A stretch of 64,000 bases of DNA from Octopus bimaculoides (Eukaryota): assembly GCF_001194135.2 (NCBI RefSeq), contig NC_068988.1, positions 16,795,094-16,859,093 on the forward strand, written 5' to 3'. Below are positions 1 to 14,159 of the stretch, one piece after another. The notes below the pieces were generated by a model that saw only the letters and a program-made list of their open reading frames with translations, ran no database searches and had not been told where the DNA came from. The stretch's first letter is position 1. Every line of letters begins with the position of its first letter. The position numbers and the translations under genes are program-made.

Positions 1-2296
1 AGGTATCTCATCTCATTGCAGTCTCAGTGAAATCGTAGAACATTACTTTGGAAAAACTGCCGAGGGGATAGAAGACCTCATATCGTTCTATAAGAAAGAG
101 AAAAGAAAGTTTTAATGCGCATATCTTTCGTAAAGTTATCGGATATCTATGTGAGTTGAAATTGCTTCAAGTGAGGGCTTAAAATGCTTTGAATTCAATT
201 ATTTGGTATATGGTTCTTTACATCCTTATTATACAAGTTATTAATTTAGTCAGAGATGAAGAAGCACTTAAAGCTCTTCTTTGGAGCTATTTCAAAATAA
301 GTAGAGAAAGAAAAAGAGGAAAGAATAACTATTCATGTGTTAAGTTAATAAAAAGCAGCAAAAAGCCTCAGACTGAAAATTTCGCCTGAATTCTTGTTAC
401 AGATATTAATCGGTGAAATGTACTTAAAAACAAGTTGATGGTGTTAAACCTGCCAGCCTTTAATCAATTTAACAACTTAAAAACAGATCTAAGTAATTTT
501 ATGCGCTTCTAATGATTTTAGTTGTTGCCAAATTTGAACCTGACATAGATACTTAGCACTGTGAAATCGCTGTTGAAATTACGTGATTGCAAATCAAAAT
601 TTGTAACTCGACAGTGATGGCGGCACATGCACTGAAAATCTTCTGTGGAATGAAATATTCGATTTAAATATCCGCAGTACATTACTGGTAATTATTTTTC
701 AAATATTTTAGGTCGATTCAAAATCCAGTCGGATTCGAATTCAAACCATAAAAGAACACACCTCAATCGATGAGATATTTAGTCTGACGGAATTCCAATT
801 TTGTCAACCAACATGTTATAGATAAGTGTAGAGTGCCTATGCAGCTAATTCTAAGTTGTATGAAATTATCCGAATTGATCGAAGCAACTGTAGTACGTGA
901 CTTGCGCTTACTCTCTAGAAAAAGACAACACAAGTTCGGCCCAAAGAGATTTGAGCTCATAGTGTATGTGGTCTAAACCAGAATTTTTAAGCTTTTTATC
1001 CCAGAGGTCTGTGTTCTCTTCCACTTCGACTAATATTTTCTTTATAGGATTATAATTTATTTATTCAATTTATGTGTTTGTGCAACAACATTGTTCGCAC
1101 AAAGTGTGTGGCTTATGAGTTTTAATGCAAATATCTTCGGAGAAAGATCTATTTTTTAGAATATTTTCTTTTCGTTTTGGTAATTAAATATTTGACTGTT
1201 TATTTTGTGATATTCTACTTCGAAATTGTTCACTTCGATGGCATATTGATTGAACGTGTACATTCATATATTAACGTCTTATGCCAATTTTATATTTATT
1301 TATTCATGTTTTCTGGGAGAACAGATTTCATAACCGAACAAATTATTTAAACAAGTACGTGTATGAAGGGAGTCTATTTAAAAATAATATAATGCTAACA
1401 ATCACAATACATTTATTTCTTGCGTGTGCTTCCCTCTCTATATTTTTTCATTTCAGTCAAATAAACCACAATCGAATATTATTATCAAAACAATTAATAA
1501 ATAAGAAAATGAAAGAAGCAAGAAACACAGACAAAAAGAATAGGAACTGAACCACAATAATTAATTCTACGTTATTGATTATATATTAAAAATTTCTACA
1601 ATAGAAGAAGTGATGCAAAGTCTTCATATATCGATTTTATATTTATTTCTCTCAATGATTAAAAAAAATAATTGAATACTTTTATATGTTTATCAAATAT
1701 GAAAATTTTAATTCACCGGAAAAAAAAAGAAAAAATTATGTCCGTAGGCTATAACAATTACCAATTATTATTATAAGCATAGTGGTATATGTAACAATGA
1801 CTAAAAATTGATAGAAATTCAATCACAACACTTGAGAAACCCGCAAAATATGAGAAAACATTTCACAAGTAGTTGTCCACAAGTTATTCTTCAAACGAAT
1901 ATATCCAATTATAGCTTCTCGATAACTGTTGTATCTCTAATCTCAGGCACTCTCACTTAGTACTTCATGCTGTCTTCCTTTATATTTTCCCTCTTTATAC
2001 TATTACCTTTCTTTCTGCTGATACACTCATATATACACACAAGTACACAAGTATTGTGTAGGAACGCAGCCAATGATGAAGTTATGTCTACGTTTATACA
2101 GTCTATGACGTACAAACTACATGTACGATTCCAAATCCGCATATTTATATAGATGAATATACAATATAATACACACACTCACGCACACAGAGAAATATAC
2201 ACACTCATCTGTGCATACATATATAATATATCTACACATGCACGCGTACGCAAACACACACATATGTATGTTTCTGTGTATACGTGTGCGAGTGTA

Positions 2297-2343
<47 letters not shown>

Positions 2344-2716
2344 CACAAAACCCCTTCAAATGAGCAACACAGAATCCACGGCTCCATACTTTGAAATGAC
2401 TACTATTGGAACTTACATACCATGTACAGGAAACGTTTTTACCACTTCTATACCACTTTACTCGAATAATGGAACTGAAACTACAACATTTTACATTTTA
2501 TTTCAACTTTCTTTCTCTTATTTCCTTCTATATTCTCTATCTCCTCCCTTTCCATAATAATTCCTTATTTTGAATTCAAATATTTACCTTTATTTAACCA
2601 TCTCACATCGTCACATATGAAGGGATATCCATAACAGCTGTAAGACTATATAACTTTTCCTTATAAATGTCCTGAAAATTCCTCACAGCCTTGGCATCGT
2701 TATCTCATTTTGTCTA

Positions 2717-2770
<54 letters not shown>

Positions 2771-4597
2771 TATACCCGTATACACAAATATACACGGTTA
2801 TACATATTAATATAATATATATGTGTGAATGTATGTGTGTGTGTATATGTGTGTGTGTATGTGTGCATACATCTGCATGCCGGAAAAATTATATCTTTCT
2901 TTCTCATTCATCAAAATCAAACGCTAGAAGGAGAATTATTGTAGACACAATAACAATCGTATAGGTGTTGCTCTAACATGGCCGCAACTATCGGACAGGC
3001 ACTGTATATGCAGATATATGCATACAAAAATACCTACGTGCGCCTCTCTATGTATGTATATGACAGTGTTTGTAAGTGAGTGTATGCTTGTGTATATTCA
3101 ATGTATATACAATGTATATACTATTTATATATTCTATTTGTGTAGACTTTAGTAACTAATATTAGATAGATTCATCTTACAACTTTAAATAAAAGCTAAA
3201 ATATAAGCTGTGTTGTGTGCAAAAATGTATCTATGCCTCTGTGTGTGTATGTGTGTGTATGTGTTTGTGTGTTTTTAGATAAATATATGCGTGCATGTTT
3301 TTCGACGAATGTATGTATTTATCCATGTGTAGATGCGCACGCGTTTTCTAAGATACACAATCATATTCACATTCATAAAACTTGAGTTTTGTTTTTATGT
3401 ACACGACTATCTCTTTTTTTTTTTATATATTATCGATGTATTATTTCTTGTATATCTTTCTAAGAATTTCTTGATGTATTTGCAAGATATGAGGACGCAG
3501 TGCATCTAATTTTCGACGTTTGCGATAGAAACGTGATTAGGGCAACCAGAAAGGTCAAATGAGAATATAGTCCCCAATAAAATCCATGGAAGTGTTGCTA
3601 AAAATACCGAACCATTGACTGGTTCTTTGTGATTATAAATGGAGAACAAGGCGTAAGTGGTAAGTAGTCGCTGTGAATAGGATCTAGACAGAATATCTAT
3701 AAACCGTTATTAACACAATTATTAATGTTGTTTTTCTATCTTAATTTATCTTAAATATATACAAACACATACCGACGGACTTACACATATTATATACAAA
3801 ACACACTTCCAAGCACCACACATGTATTTACATATACACTTATATCAACGTATATAAGTTCAGTTATTTCTCATTTATTCAAGGAGTCAAAAATGTACGT
3901 TCATATAATTATGCCTATGTATATACACAGGCACATGTATACATACACGCACATGCTAATACTCATACACGCGCACACACGCGCACACACATATACACAC
4001 GCACACATTTCCTGATAACGAAACACCTAGAATAGAATATTGTTTCTTCTTTGTTAGAAATTAGTTCCTTCTTTAGAACAACTGAAATAACTAATGATAG
4101 TAAACATACGTACACCCAAGTGTATATACGTAAATACATTCGTATGTATAGACATACGTACACACATGCGTATTGGTATCTATAAGTGTTGGTTGGTTTA
4201 AGTATCTGTGAGGTATAAATGTGCTATTTTTGCACATATCTGTTAGTCAGCAGATGTAATCTATGACACTGGGTGCCAAGTTTGATAAAATTAAAATTGT
4301 TTACAGCGCTTTTAAAATTATAAAATATTTAGGTAATGAAAGAGCAATTATATAGACGCCAAATATATTTTATCCCCACATTAATAAACATGGCTACGGT
4401 GTCAAATGATTCCAGTAATATAAATAATATCTGCGTGTTTAGGTGTGGAGTAACTGAAACCTTTCAGTAGGAGAATGAGGGTAGACAGTTGATTTTACTC
4501 ATTTCTGATACAGTTTTCGATAATTCATCCTATGCAAAAAGCACAGGATGAAGCTAATGGTAAATCGGAAACAAATTTCATAAAAGGGCTGCACATT

Positions 4598-5190
4598 CTG
4601 GGTGGGGATAAGATTAGTTCCACCCTCGTCAACAAATATTTATTTCATCAACTCCGAAAGAATGAAAGGTAAAGTCAACCTCCTAGGAATTTGAACTCAG
4701 AACATAAAGACAGTCGAACGGAGGCTTAGCATTTTGCCTGGCGTGCAAACTCATAGCCTTTGGTTTCAAATTTTGGCACAAAGAAAGCAAGTTCAGATAG
4801 AGGGTTTAGTGGAGTACATCGACTCCACTGTTCAGTTGTTGCTTATGTTATCGACCCCGAAATGATGAATTGCAAAATCAGTTTCGGAGGAATTTGATCT
4901 CAAAAGGTAAAGGAGAACCAAAGCCCGGCGTACCGATGATTCTGCCAGCTTACCGACTTAATAGTAGTAGTAATGGTTTTTAGATTGGCCACAAGGTCAG
5001 AAAATTTGGGTGTGGGTTAAGTCGGTTACATTGACTCCAGTGTTCAACTGGTACATATTTCAACAACCACAATAAAATGAGAGTGAAAATCATTCTGGGC
5101 GGAATTTAATCTGAGGACATAAAGACGGACAAAATGCCGTTAAGCACTTTGTCCGAATGGCTAACTTTTCTGCCGTCTCGCTGCTTTAAT
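4598..5190 (-). mobile_element. Three head-to-tail degenerate copies of tRNA-derived SINE family A (about 4598-4750, 4758-4962, 4975-5190)
   Basis: Each unit aligns by eye to the reverse complement of the intact copy at 54777-55011 (e.g. ccgaaagaatgaaaggtaaagtcaacctc, ggaatttgaactcagaacataaagac, ttctgccagcttaccgactta). Units 2 and 3 also carry the ggtttcaaattttggcacaa tail. Confidence 0.85.
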
Positions 5191-7907
5191 AATAATGATA
5201 ATTTTAACTGAAATGAGCCGATGCAAAGAGGTGATAGTTTAGATGCGTAGGGATAAACTATACGTACGTAAATTCTGTTAATAAACTAAATTATCTCAGT
5301 TCAAATCATTCGCCCAAATTATCTTTCCTTTACCTCCCCATTTTCTTATTTTATTTTTATTCCTTTGAAATTTCTAATGAGCAATATTTTTATTGCCCAT
5401 TATAATAAAGATAGCGAGCATATGAAATTATTCTTAATCAAAAAAATATGTCTTCTCTAGTAAAGAAGTTTAAAATACGGGCTTAATTGAAAACGTTCAG
5501 CTGCTAAGCAAAGGGACTGTCTCTGTTAAAATTACTTTCCTCTGGCTTACAAGTGAATGGAAAGCATTGCATGTTGGTTATCTTTCTATTGTTATATTAC
5601 AAGGCCACACAGATGTCTTAATTCAAATATAGTGATTAGGTTAAAATATTGTAATTAGGGTAAAAATATTTTGATTAGGATGTAAATATGGAACAATTCC
5701 AAATATAGTCTGTAAAATGATCAGTCAAAGCACAAACTCACATTCGAGACGTGAGACACAACATTATTCAACATGTGTGTCCTGAAGTTATCATTTGCAT
5801 GTTTTACATTTGTGTAACCTGTTGGCGATGTTCTTCAGACAAATAGAACATAACATAAAATATTGAACCACAACACTTAGACAGTAGTTATTCACATCTT
5901 GACAGAAATATTGAAATAAATATAAAGATGTAAAAAACAAATAAACAAACAAAAAACATCGAAATGCTGTTCAAATCTGAATTCTTAATAATTGCGCCAT
6001 TCACCGTAGGATTCACATCACTGTGACTAAATGTCTCAAGACTCTTGACTGATATCCAACTCATTGATATAATTCAAAAATAGAAAACCTCCTTGTTAAT
6101 TTGTAAAGAAAGTTTAAATAGAAATGTTTCGACTAATAAAAGAAAATAATATTTATCTTAATGAAAGAAATGGTTTCGCTGTTCGAAATGTCCTCTATTA
6201 ATATGAAACAAAGAAGTATATTAATGAAGAAATAAGAAGTAAACACGCGTTAGAAAATATATTACAAAATAAGGTGAGACAATCTAATCAATATTTTTGT
6301 CAATAAAAAATAGTAGCAATAATTACAAGAAAAAACAAACAAAAAGTACAAGCAAAATAACCAAAATAAAAAGCGAAGAAATGTTCTTTTTCAAACAATT
6401 ATTTCCGCGGTTCTATAGATCCCCAGACTTTCATTTTGATTTTTCGCAAACAAAATACAGAAAAGGAAATCTTGTCAAAATATCTAATCTTAGCAATTCC
6501 AACGAAAATAGAATATTTGATTAAGCTGTGTCGATTAATGCCAAATAGAAGAGAAAGGTTGATTTTTCCAAAGCTTTCTTTCTAATAAATTTATTGTTAC
6601 TGTTTATTTAACCTTCGCACCGAATTCGGTTTCACCTTCACCACTTTGTTAAAAAGGGGAATGAAATTTTCAGTATAATTGTTTATTCCTAAAGAGAATT
6701 GTTTGTGTAAGTTAGTGTAAGTATTTGGGTTCAGATAAATATATTTTCTCCTGAGTATAATGCATTTAGATATAAACTTGTGATTTAGTATGATTTAGAG
6801 CTACGGGATGGCTGAGTCGATAGGGCATTTCACTATAACTTAGTGTCGAGTTTGATCGATCGTTGCTGTGAATAAATGTGTGTAGAAAATTGAAGTATCT
6901 TATAGAAATAGAAACAAACAGATATAAATTGTCTTAAAACATTAGATTGAAGCCAGCAGTAGTAGTAGGTATATAATCCTATTATGACAGCTAAGCAAAT
7001 GCAGTCAAAATTCAGTTCACATTGAAATGTAATGTACCTTGTTACTATGTGTATAGTACATTATCTTTAAAAATTAAAACATATACATTTCGAAGTTGTG
7101 GAAATATTTTCTATAACATGCCTTCGGAAGCTAAGGATTTAATGTAACTGCGATAGATAACGATAAATGTATGTCTTAAATCATGTTTAGCAGCTACACA
7201 TGGACTTATTGTTATTCACATCTGTTTACATAAATATTCATAAGTTCATCTATCCATAAAGAAGAGTGTTATTTATACCAGGTCATCAATCACGTATATA
7301 TACTAAATTGATTGGATATTCCATCAAATATTAATTCTTTGCTTTCATTTGTTTGCGAGAGGTTTCTAAAATTTGGTGATGGATGGCAAACATTTGGTTG
7401 TATGTTAGCACTGAGGATCATGCACTCGTTGCTTCCAGTGCTGAAACAGGCGGCTTTTATTATCCTTGGAGACATATTTATTCATACACAAATAAGAAAC
7501 AGAGCATTAACATGCGAAATATGGGGTTTGAAAGATTGTGACACTGACATATAATATATCACGTGTTCCACATGGCAATTCAGCAAAATATATAGCACTT
7601 GGTGAAATTCCTATTGTCTTTCTAATGACAGAAAATAATTCACTCTCACAAAAACCGATTATTTGAAAATATGATCAGAGTTAGTGTGGAAATGCTTAAC
7701 GCAACTGTCGAATCGAGCTAAATATTATATATTTCACGGACAAAAAAAAAAAAAAAGCTCAAGTTTATATAGTGTAACCATATTTGAATAATTCACCAAT
7801 CCGACTAATAAATTTTAAAAGTTCGGTCAGGAAGAGATTGTTATTACACAAACCAGTTCACATGAATTTCTCAAATAAAAAAAAAGAAGAAAAAGAACGT
7901 TAAACGT

Positions 7908-8290
7908 GGAGACGCAATGACCCAGTGGTTAGGGCAGCGGACTCGCGGTCATAGGATCGTGGTTTCGATTCCCAGACCGGACGTTGTGAGTGTTTATTGA
8001 GTGAAAACACCTAAAGCTCCACGAGGCAGGGGATGGTGACGAACCCTGCTGTACTCTTCCACCACAAGTTTCTCTCACTCCTACTTCCTGTTTCTGTTGT
8101 GCCTGTAATTCAAAGGGTCAGCTTTGTCACACTGTGTCACGCTGAATATCCCCGAGAACTACGTTAAGGGTACACGTGTCTGTGGAGTGCTCAGCCACTT
8201 GCACGTAAATTTCACGAGCAGGCTGTTCCGTTGATCGGATCAACTGGAACCCTTGACTTCGTAAGCGACGCAGTGCCAACAAAAAACAAT
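7908..8290 (+). mobile_element. tRNA-derived SINE, family C (single near-full-length copy; possibly one of the described octopus OR/OK SINEs with a Nin/Deu-type core)
   Basis: tRNA-like head with A box tgacccagtgg and B box ggtttcgattccc, an unrelated GC-richer body and an A-rich tail (gtgccaacaaaaaacaa). The family name is from memory and unverified. Confidence 0.85.
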
Positions 8291-8399
8291 ATATGTTAAA
8301 TATTTCTTTCATTTAATGCATTTAATTCCATTTTTACAATATTGTTTGCATGTGTATATGTAATCATATTGCAAATCTGTGTGTTTTAAAATGTCAATA

Positions 8400-8630
8400 C
8401 CCATCACAGACACAACATGATTACAGAACAGTGATATATTCCTGATACATACCATATACAATTACGCTCTGATATTACAATTTCATTTCCTCTATTAAAT
8501 CCTCTATTGCTGTCAGCACAACTGTAAGCCAGCCTTCTCCAAACATTGCTCACTTTTCTTTTAGCTTCAATGCAACCGTTTGCCACTGTTGTCATGTCAT
8601 CCTGGAGGATAGTATAAAGCGTCTTGACAA
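8400..8630 (-). pseudogene. Very decayed non-LTR reverse-transcriptase relic
   Basis: The minus strand reads KIVKTLYTILQDDMTTV..., then in another frame VVLTAIEDLIEEMK, loosely like the LINE RT region around motif B. Weak similarity only. Confidence 0.25.
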
Positions 8631-8845
8631 TTTTTGCATATTTAACATTTTTTTTTGGCAGTGAGATTAAGTATTGAATTACTAGTGTGGTAGCAGAGTA
8701 CTGTTTGTTTGCCGTAATGTTATTTTATAACGATTGTAAACAATTCATCTGTAGGATGTGCGTTGATGCACTTTATATATGAAAGTGTATAATTAATAGC
8801 AATACCCATCTTGTAAGGAAGAATCTAGAAGTAATTACATACCAC

Positions 8846-8905
8846 GGTGGTGCTCCAGCATGACCACAGCCACTTGGCTGAAACAAATAAATAAATAAAT
8901 AAAAA
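8846..8905 (+). mobile_element. 3' tail fragment of SINE family B
   Basis: ggtggtgctccagcatgaccacagcc...gctgaaacaaataaataa matches the 3' end of the copy at 17373-17824. Confidence 0.55.
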
Positions 8906-8944
8906 TAAACTGTACACGCTTTTTGTTCTGCCCTCCACAGTCAG

Positions 8945-9082
8945 GCACCCTCAAGCCACTTGACTTTCGTTTTCTTATCATTGCTGGTGCATACAATTCC
9001 ATGGCTTCGCACTGGCCACTCATTTGTTTCTGACCTCATCAACCTTCATCATGCTCATATGCTGTTATGCTGCAATAGTTTA
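8945..9082 (-). pseudogene. Decayed C-terminal fragment of an RTE-clade LINE ORF
   Basis: Across frameshifts the minus strand gives KLL-ITAYEH...DEVRNK...MIRKRK-KWL, matching the RTE post-RT pattern KLLxIsyxEHxTNxEVR...IRKRKLxWxGH. Confidence 0.45.
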
Positions 9083-9225
9083 AAAGGAAAATCTATGTCG
9101 TCGAGTTCACCGGTTTTCAAGAACCTTAAAATTTTATGAAGAATAATTCCTCCTCGAAATTTAACAACTGCACATACATACATACATACATGCACGCACA
9201 CACATATATATGAAATTGATAATTA

Positions 9226-9268
<43 letters not shown>

Positions 9269-10086
9269 GTATATAGTTATATTAAGCGAGCAAGGACGAA
9301 AAACGACCTATCTTCAATATGCTTCAATGCGGAGGCATACAGACACTACCGGTAAACTCTATTCTAGGCGAGCGAGTGAAAAATCATTGAAAAGGCTTCA
9401 CATTAATTGTGAATTGGATCCAATTCCTAGATTAAGGCCGTACAACAAGATTTTTCCTTCGTCAGCACAATACACGAGAAATATAAATACAAATAATGAT
9501 ACGTGCCCGTACAAAACAGCTTCGCACGTCCACATAGAAATATTTGCACGTACACATTAACGATAAGTCAGATTAATACTTTATCAGGACAAACAGCGTA
9601 TATTATCGAAACAGCTCCGCATAAAATGCTATTTGCATTTATATTTCTCTTGTATTGTGCTGACGAAGGAAAAAAGGCTCTTTTGCGGCTTTAATCTAGA
9701 AATTGGACCCAATTCATAATTAACGTGAAGAGTTTTTAATACTTTTACACTCGGTATATAATTTTGGAGTTTTTCTATAGTATCGTAATGCCTTGGCTTT
9801 CAAGCATGTTGGAGATAGGCCATTTTTTGTTTCACTCTTGATTCCTTAGTACAATTATATACATACATATATAATTATTAATTTAATGTTTAAAATACTT
9901 ATAAATTTTTTTTGTATGCTGACTACCTGATAAAAATCATTGTGATTTTATCCTTATATTCTAGTATGGATTAATAAATAATATATATATGTATGCATGT
10001 ATGTATGCATATATGTATGTGTGTGCATATTTTTATATATAAATATATATATGTGTATACATGTAAATATATATATATGCATGTAA

Positions 10087-10130
<44 letters not shown>

Positions 10131-10667
10131 AATTTGGTTTAGAATTTGTCTTGTAGATCGGAGAATGTTCAATAGATTTGTTCGATTGATGAGTACATCA
10201 ATATAATAAACTCTTAGGATCATCGTTATTCGAATTGCTTTTTTCCATCCAATATTGAAGTACACAGTAGCCTTAATTTTCTAAATAAAATATGTTGTAG
10301 TCTTTTCCTATTGGGAGTCGTAGTTAACGTCGAAATAGATGAAACGCTGCGTAAGTTCCAGCGCTGTCTAAATAAATATTTTATGTTCGTCTAGTACCAG
10401 TGGAAGAAACGATTGTCTGCAAGCGCTTTGTTTAAATTCATCTTAATGAATCTCTTCGGTGTGCGTTCAAAGAAACAATTTTAGTAGAAAATATTGTCAT
10501 TTTTGGCTTGTACTAATGAACACGGTTTTTTTATTTTGTATTCGTATCCTCTTCTAACCAAAACATATCTCATAGTTCAGAATCGTATCTGTTATTCAAC
10601 CTTGTCTACCAATGCAAATTACTCTGTATAAAATAAATTATTTTAACTTCAAACAGCTACCAATATT

Positions 10668-10865
10668 CTAAATGAATTTGCCTAAAATAATATTCGAATA
10701 TAATTCAATCTGAACCTGGACTTTGCTGAATATAGCAAGAAAGAGAAGTGACCACCGTACCTCTCTTCTCACGCCTATTGTAATATCATGTTGTTGATGT
10801 TCTTCAGCCACATTATAGACCAAATCGAGCAAACTAAAGATCAAAGGTAATGGAGCCAAAATCAT
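10668..10865 (-). pseudogene. Decayed RT relic (motif B region) rather than a host exon
   Basis: PLPLIFSLLDLVYN...ITIGVRREVRWSLLFLAIFS resembles the LINE RT pattern PxxLIxLIxxLY...ITxGVRQGCxLSPxLF. Confidence 0.3.
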
Positions 10866-11096
10866 GGTGTGGTTTTTTTAAAAAGGATATTGAATACGCG
10901 TTGTATAATCTAATTTTTCTTCTTTATCAAGACGGTAGCTGGATTTGCAAGAGAAATTGGGGTACTATTTCATTCTTACTAAACCGAATCAATGTAATAA
11001 CGCAGCGTTGTTCGGCCGTTTAGACAACAGTTCAACTGAGGTAAAGCCACATAATGCCCAAACAGATATCTATAAAAAGATAGGACAAAAGCAGTG

Positions 11097-11098
<2 letters not shown>

Positions 11099-11153
<55 letters not shown>

Positions 11154-11172
11154 NNNNNNNNNNGAGAGAGAA

Positions 11173-11219
<47 letters not shown>
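11099..11219. repeat. (GA)n microsatellite with a 10-N gap
   Basis: Direct reading. Confidence 0.98.
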
Positions 11220-11798
11220 AGGAGTGACTGAGTAAAATAGAGAGAAATGAAATAAGGAGGGCAAGAATGGCGACATAGCTATTCCGAAAGACTAGTTAAG
11301 GACACTTTTAGTCATCAAAACTACATTTAAGGTAGTAGTGCATTCCAACTCCTCTATGATTCACCTATAGTGCATGTCTGTACACGAGAACAAAAACTGC
11401 AATATACAGATAAATTCACTTGGAAGACACTATTCTGCTAATGAGTAACTGCAACAAAAATATTGATTGCGCTAGGAAGATATTTGCCATAAATGTAATT
11501 ATCTATAAGGCAAAGAAAAAGAAAATATTAATGAACCACTGTATAGTGTTGAAGGTAAAACTATAAAAAAAAGAAATTATTTAATAAGATTCATTAATCA
11601 AATGAGAGTCGTATGTTTCTAGTAGACAGAGTTTTAACTAAAGCTATTGATGAACATCTCTAACAATTCACTGCTAAACAGTTGTTTTAGAAAAATATAT
11701 GGAAATATGAAATCGTGGTAGATAGATGTGCAGCATACACACTAACACGTACATACACGCGCATAAATACATACATATATATATATATACATACATAC

Positions 11799-11853
<55 letters not shown>

Positions 11854-12220
11854 TGCATAAAAATAAACACTGGAAGAAAATTCAACAAGCGTGTGAAATA
11901 GAGTGAATGAGAGAGAAAGAGAAAGAAAGAAAGAAAGAGAGCGAGAAGGTATCACTGAAAGGAAGATAGTTGTGTGTAAATAAATAAACATACCAAGGTG
12001 TATCTACATATTCGTTACTGAAGAAAGGAAAAAATTCTTTGACTTTGAAGACAAGTTTAAACATATGTTTTTATCTATTGGGAGATTCATTACGATAATC
12101 AAAGTCGCACAGCTACAGGATAAATTTCCCTTCTTTTTACTATAACTAGTTACGTACGTGCGTCGAACAAAATACTGAGCTGCATATCTTCCTTTTATTT
12201 ACCTTTTTAAGTTAAAATTT

Positions 12221-12750
12221 AGGCAAGTTGACTTTGCCTTCTGTCTTCCCGGAGTCGATGAAATGAGTAACAATTAAGGAATGGGGTTGACGTAATGGAC
12301 TTACCTCCATCCCTAACATTGCTGGCCCTGTGCCAAAATATGAAGCCTTTATTACTCGTTATGCAGCGGAGACAAGATGGCAGAATTATTAGCCAATCCG
12401 ACTGTGATATTTCGTCCGTGTCATTATGTTCTGTATACAAAACTTTATCTCTCCGGAGCAGATAAAAGAAGGTACCAGTCAGACAGTTCAGGTAAACCTT
12501 CTTCGGTATCAGCTAAATCTTCTTCAAACCATTCATTTTCAGAATAATTGGGTGCAACTTGATTTTCATTATTTTCTGCTTCCACTTCATCCGTCCTTAC
12601 GTTCTGAGTTCAAATTCAACCGAGGTCGACATTGCCTTTCATCCTTTCGGGGCTGATGAAATGCTTAGCCATTACGTACTGAGGTCGATGTAATCGACTA
12701 GCCTCTTTCTCCAAAATTTCAGTCCTTGTGCCTATAAGAGAAAGAATTGT
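12221..12750 (+). mobile_element. Cluster of SINE family A fragments (core+tail 12221-12352, head 12365-12435, body+tail 12585-12750)
   Basis: gttctgagttcaaattcaaccgaggtcgacattgcctttcatcctttcgggg and two different tails (gctggccctgtgccaaaatatgaagcc; ccaaaatttcagtccttgtgcctataag). Confidence 0.8.
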
Positions 12751-14159
12751 TCTCTTCTTCACGTTTTTCCAATTTCTCTCTATATAAACATTTATTTCAC
12801 AACTTACTATAATAGCTCTTTACAAACATATTTTAATGACATTTTAAGCGCAGAAATTCTCTTCGTTTGACAGAATAGGAATATTCTTGCTTTATAAGGG
12901 AACGATTCGTAAAGTGATAGAGTTAAGAAAAATACCTTCTATTGTTTGAACGGATTTCACCGTTATCAAGCATGTAGTTTTTTGAGCTAATTTTATCCTC
13001 TTCCAAGTATTCGTACTACTTCACTAGCTTTTCCCCCAGTGGCTAAAGTCCTACAAGAAGTTAATGGCGCTACCCTGCATTCTCTAATTAAACTCGGAAA
13101 AATATTATCGCAGCTGATACTGTTATCAAATATTTCGATTTCTTATATTTCTCTCTATTCTTATCACGTCTCTCTATGAATGTTAGAGATAATGATTGAA
13201 TCAGTTGCCATAAGCCATGCACTCGATAAATAATTATCCATCTCAAAATATGCACTGAAATACAGAAGAAATATCAGTAGAGAGTGAGTATAGCTTACTT
13301 TAAGTTCTTAATGTATTTCTATCATTTCACTGACGTTGTTAACTAAATCATTCCACTCTCCATAAAAATTCGATGTGTCAAAACCCATTCTGACCTGTCT
13401 CAGCTGATAAATCTGTGTGGCGCTTGTAATCAGTGCGGTTAGTTTATATGATTAATGATTAGAGAGGAAAGGCCAAGCAATTAAATCAGCTACACTAATG
13501 CTTAGAGAGAAAGTTAATTCCACCTCGTATTATTGCTATATCAAATCTTATGACTCGATTTAAGATCTTACTTCTTTCTAATACTTTGTAGTTTGGGGAT
13601 TTGAAGAGCAATTAAAATCAATTTAGATTGTACAAAATTAATCCATCATGGTATAAATGTTAGTGTTCCCTAATCAACGCGTTTAGGTAAACTCGTAGCA
13701 GAATCACCTTTCGCTTTTGCAAATATTGGGTCATTATGAAAAGTATCAGGTATACACGAGTTATTATTAAAACTTACACTCCCCTTCTACACTTGCATTC
13801 TTTGTGCTAGTATTCAATAAAAGAAATCGATGTAATCAATCCAAGCAGCAATTAAGTGTAAATCAAATACGAAAATCTGAGAAGTTGTGATATTTGTTCA
13901 TTATATTTCCAATCTGGAAATCAACGAATTCTGACAGATACGCCTACTCACACAACATGTTTGATGTTTCGCATTGTTTTAATTTAATTTTACGAAATTG
14001 AATGTTTATTCAAATTTTATTATACAAACTTTTACTGAATTTTCAAATAGAATTTGTTTTGAAAATATTAAATTATTTATTTCAAACTTTTAACTTAATA
14101 CTAAAACATATTTGATGAAATAATTATTTCTATTGATTCTAATTTAGCTACTAGACGAA

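Noticed and set aside
1-1000. Possible DNA-transposon (hAT/piggyBac) coding relic; ORFs 189-389 and 763-960
   Set aside because: No diagnostic motif could be recovered in any frame.
2360-2557. MSNTESTAPYFEMTT...NNGTETT, resembling a Thr-rich GPCR N-terminus
   Set aside because: It runs into a pyrimidine tract and a stop with no usable donor site, there is no 7TM sequence downstream, and it abuts a microsatellite.
6805-6870. tRNA-like fragment (gggatggctgagtcgatagggc...cgagtttgatc)
   Set aside because: No cloverleaf; at best a decayed SINE head.
10808-10846. Plus-strand 39-nt microexon (HIIDQIEQTKDQ) with good splice sites
   Set aside because: It overlaps the minus-strand RT-like relic, and there is no partner exon or homology.
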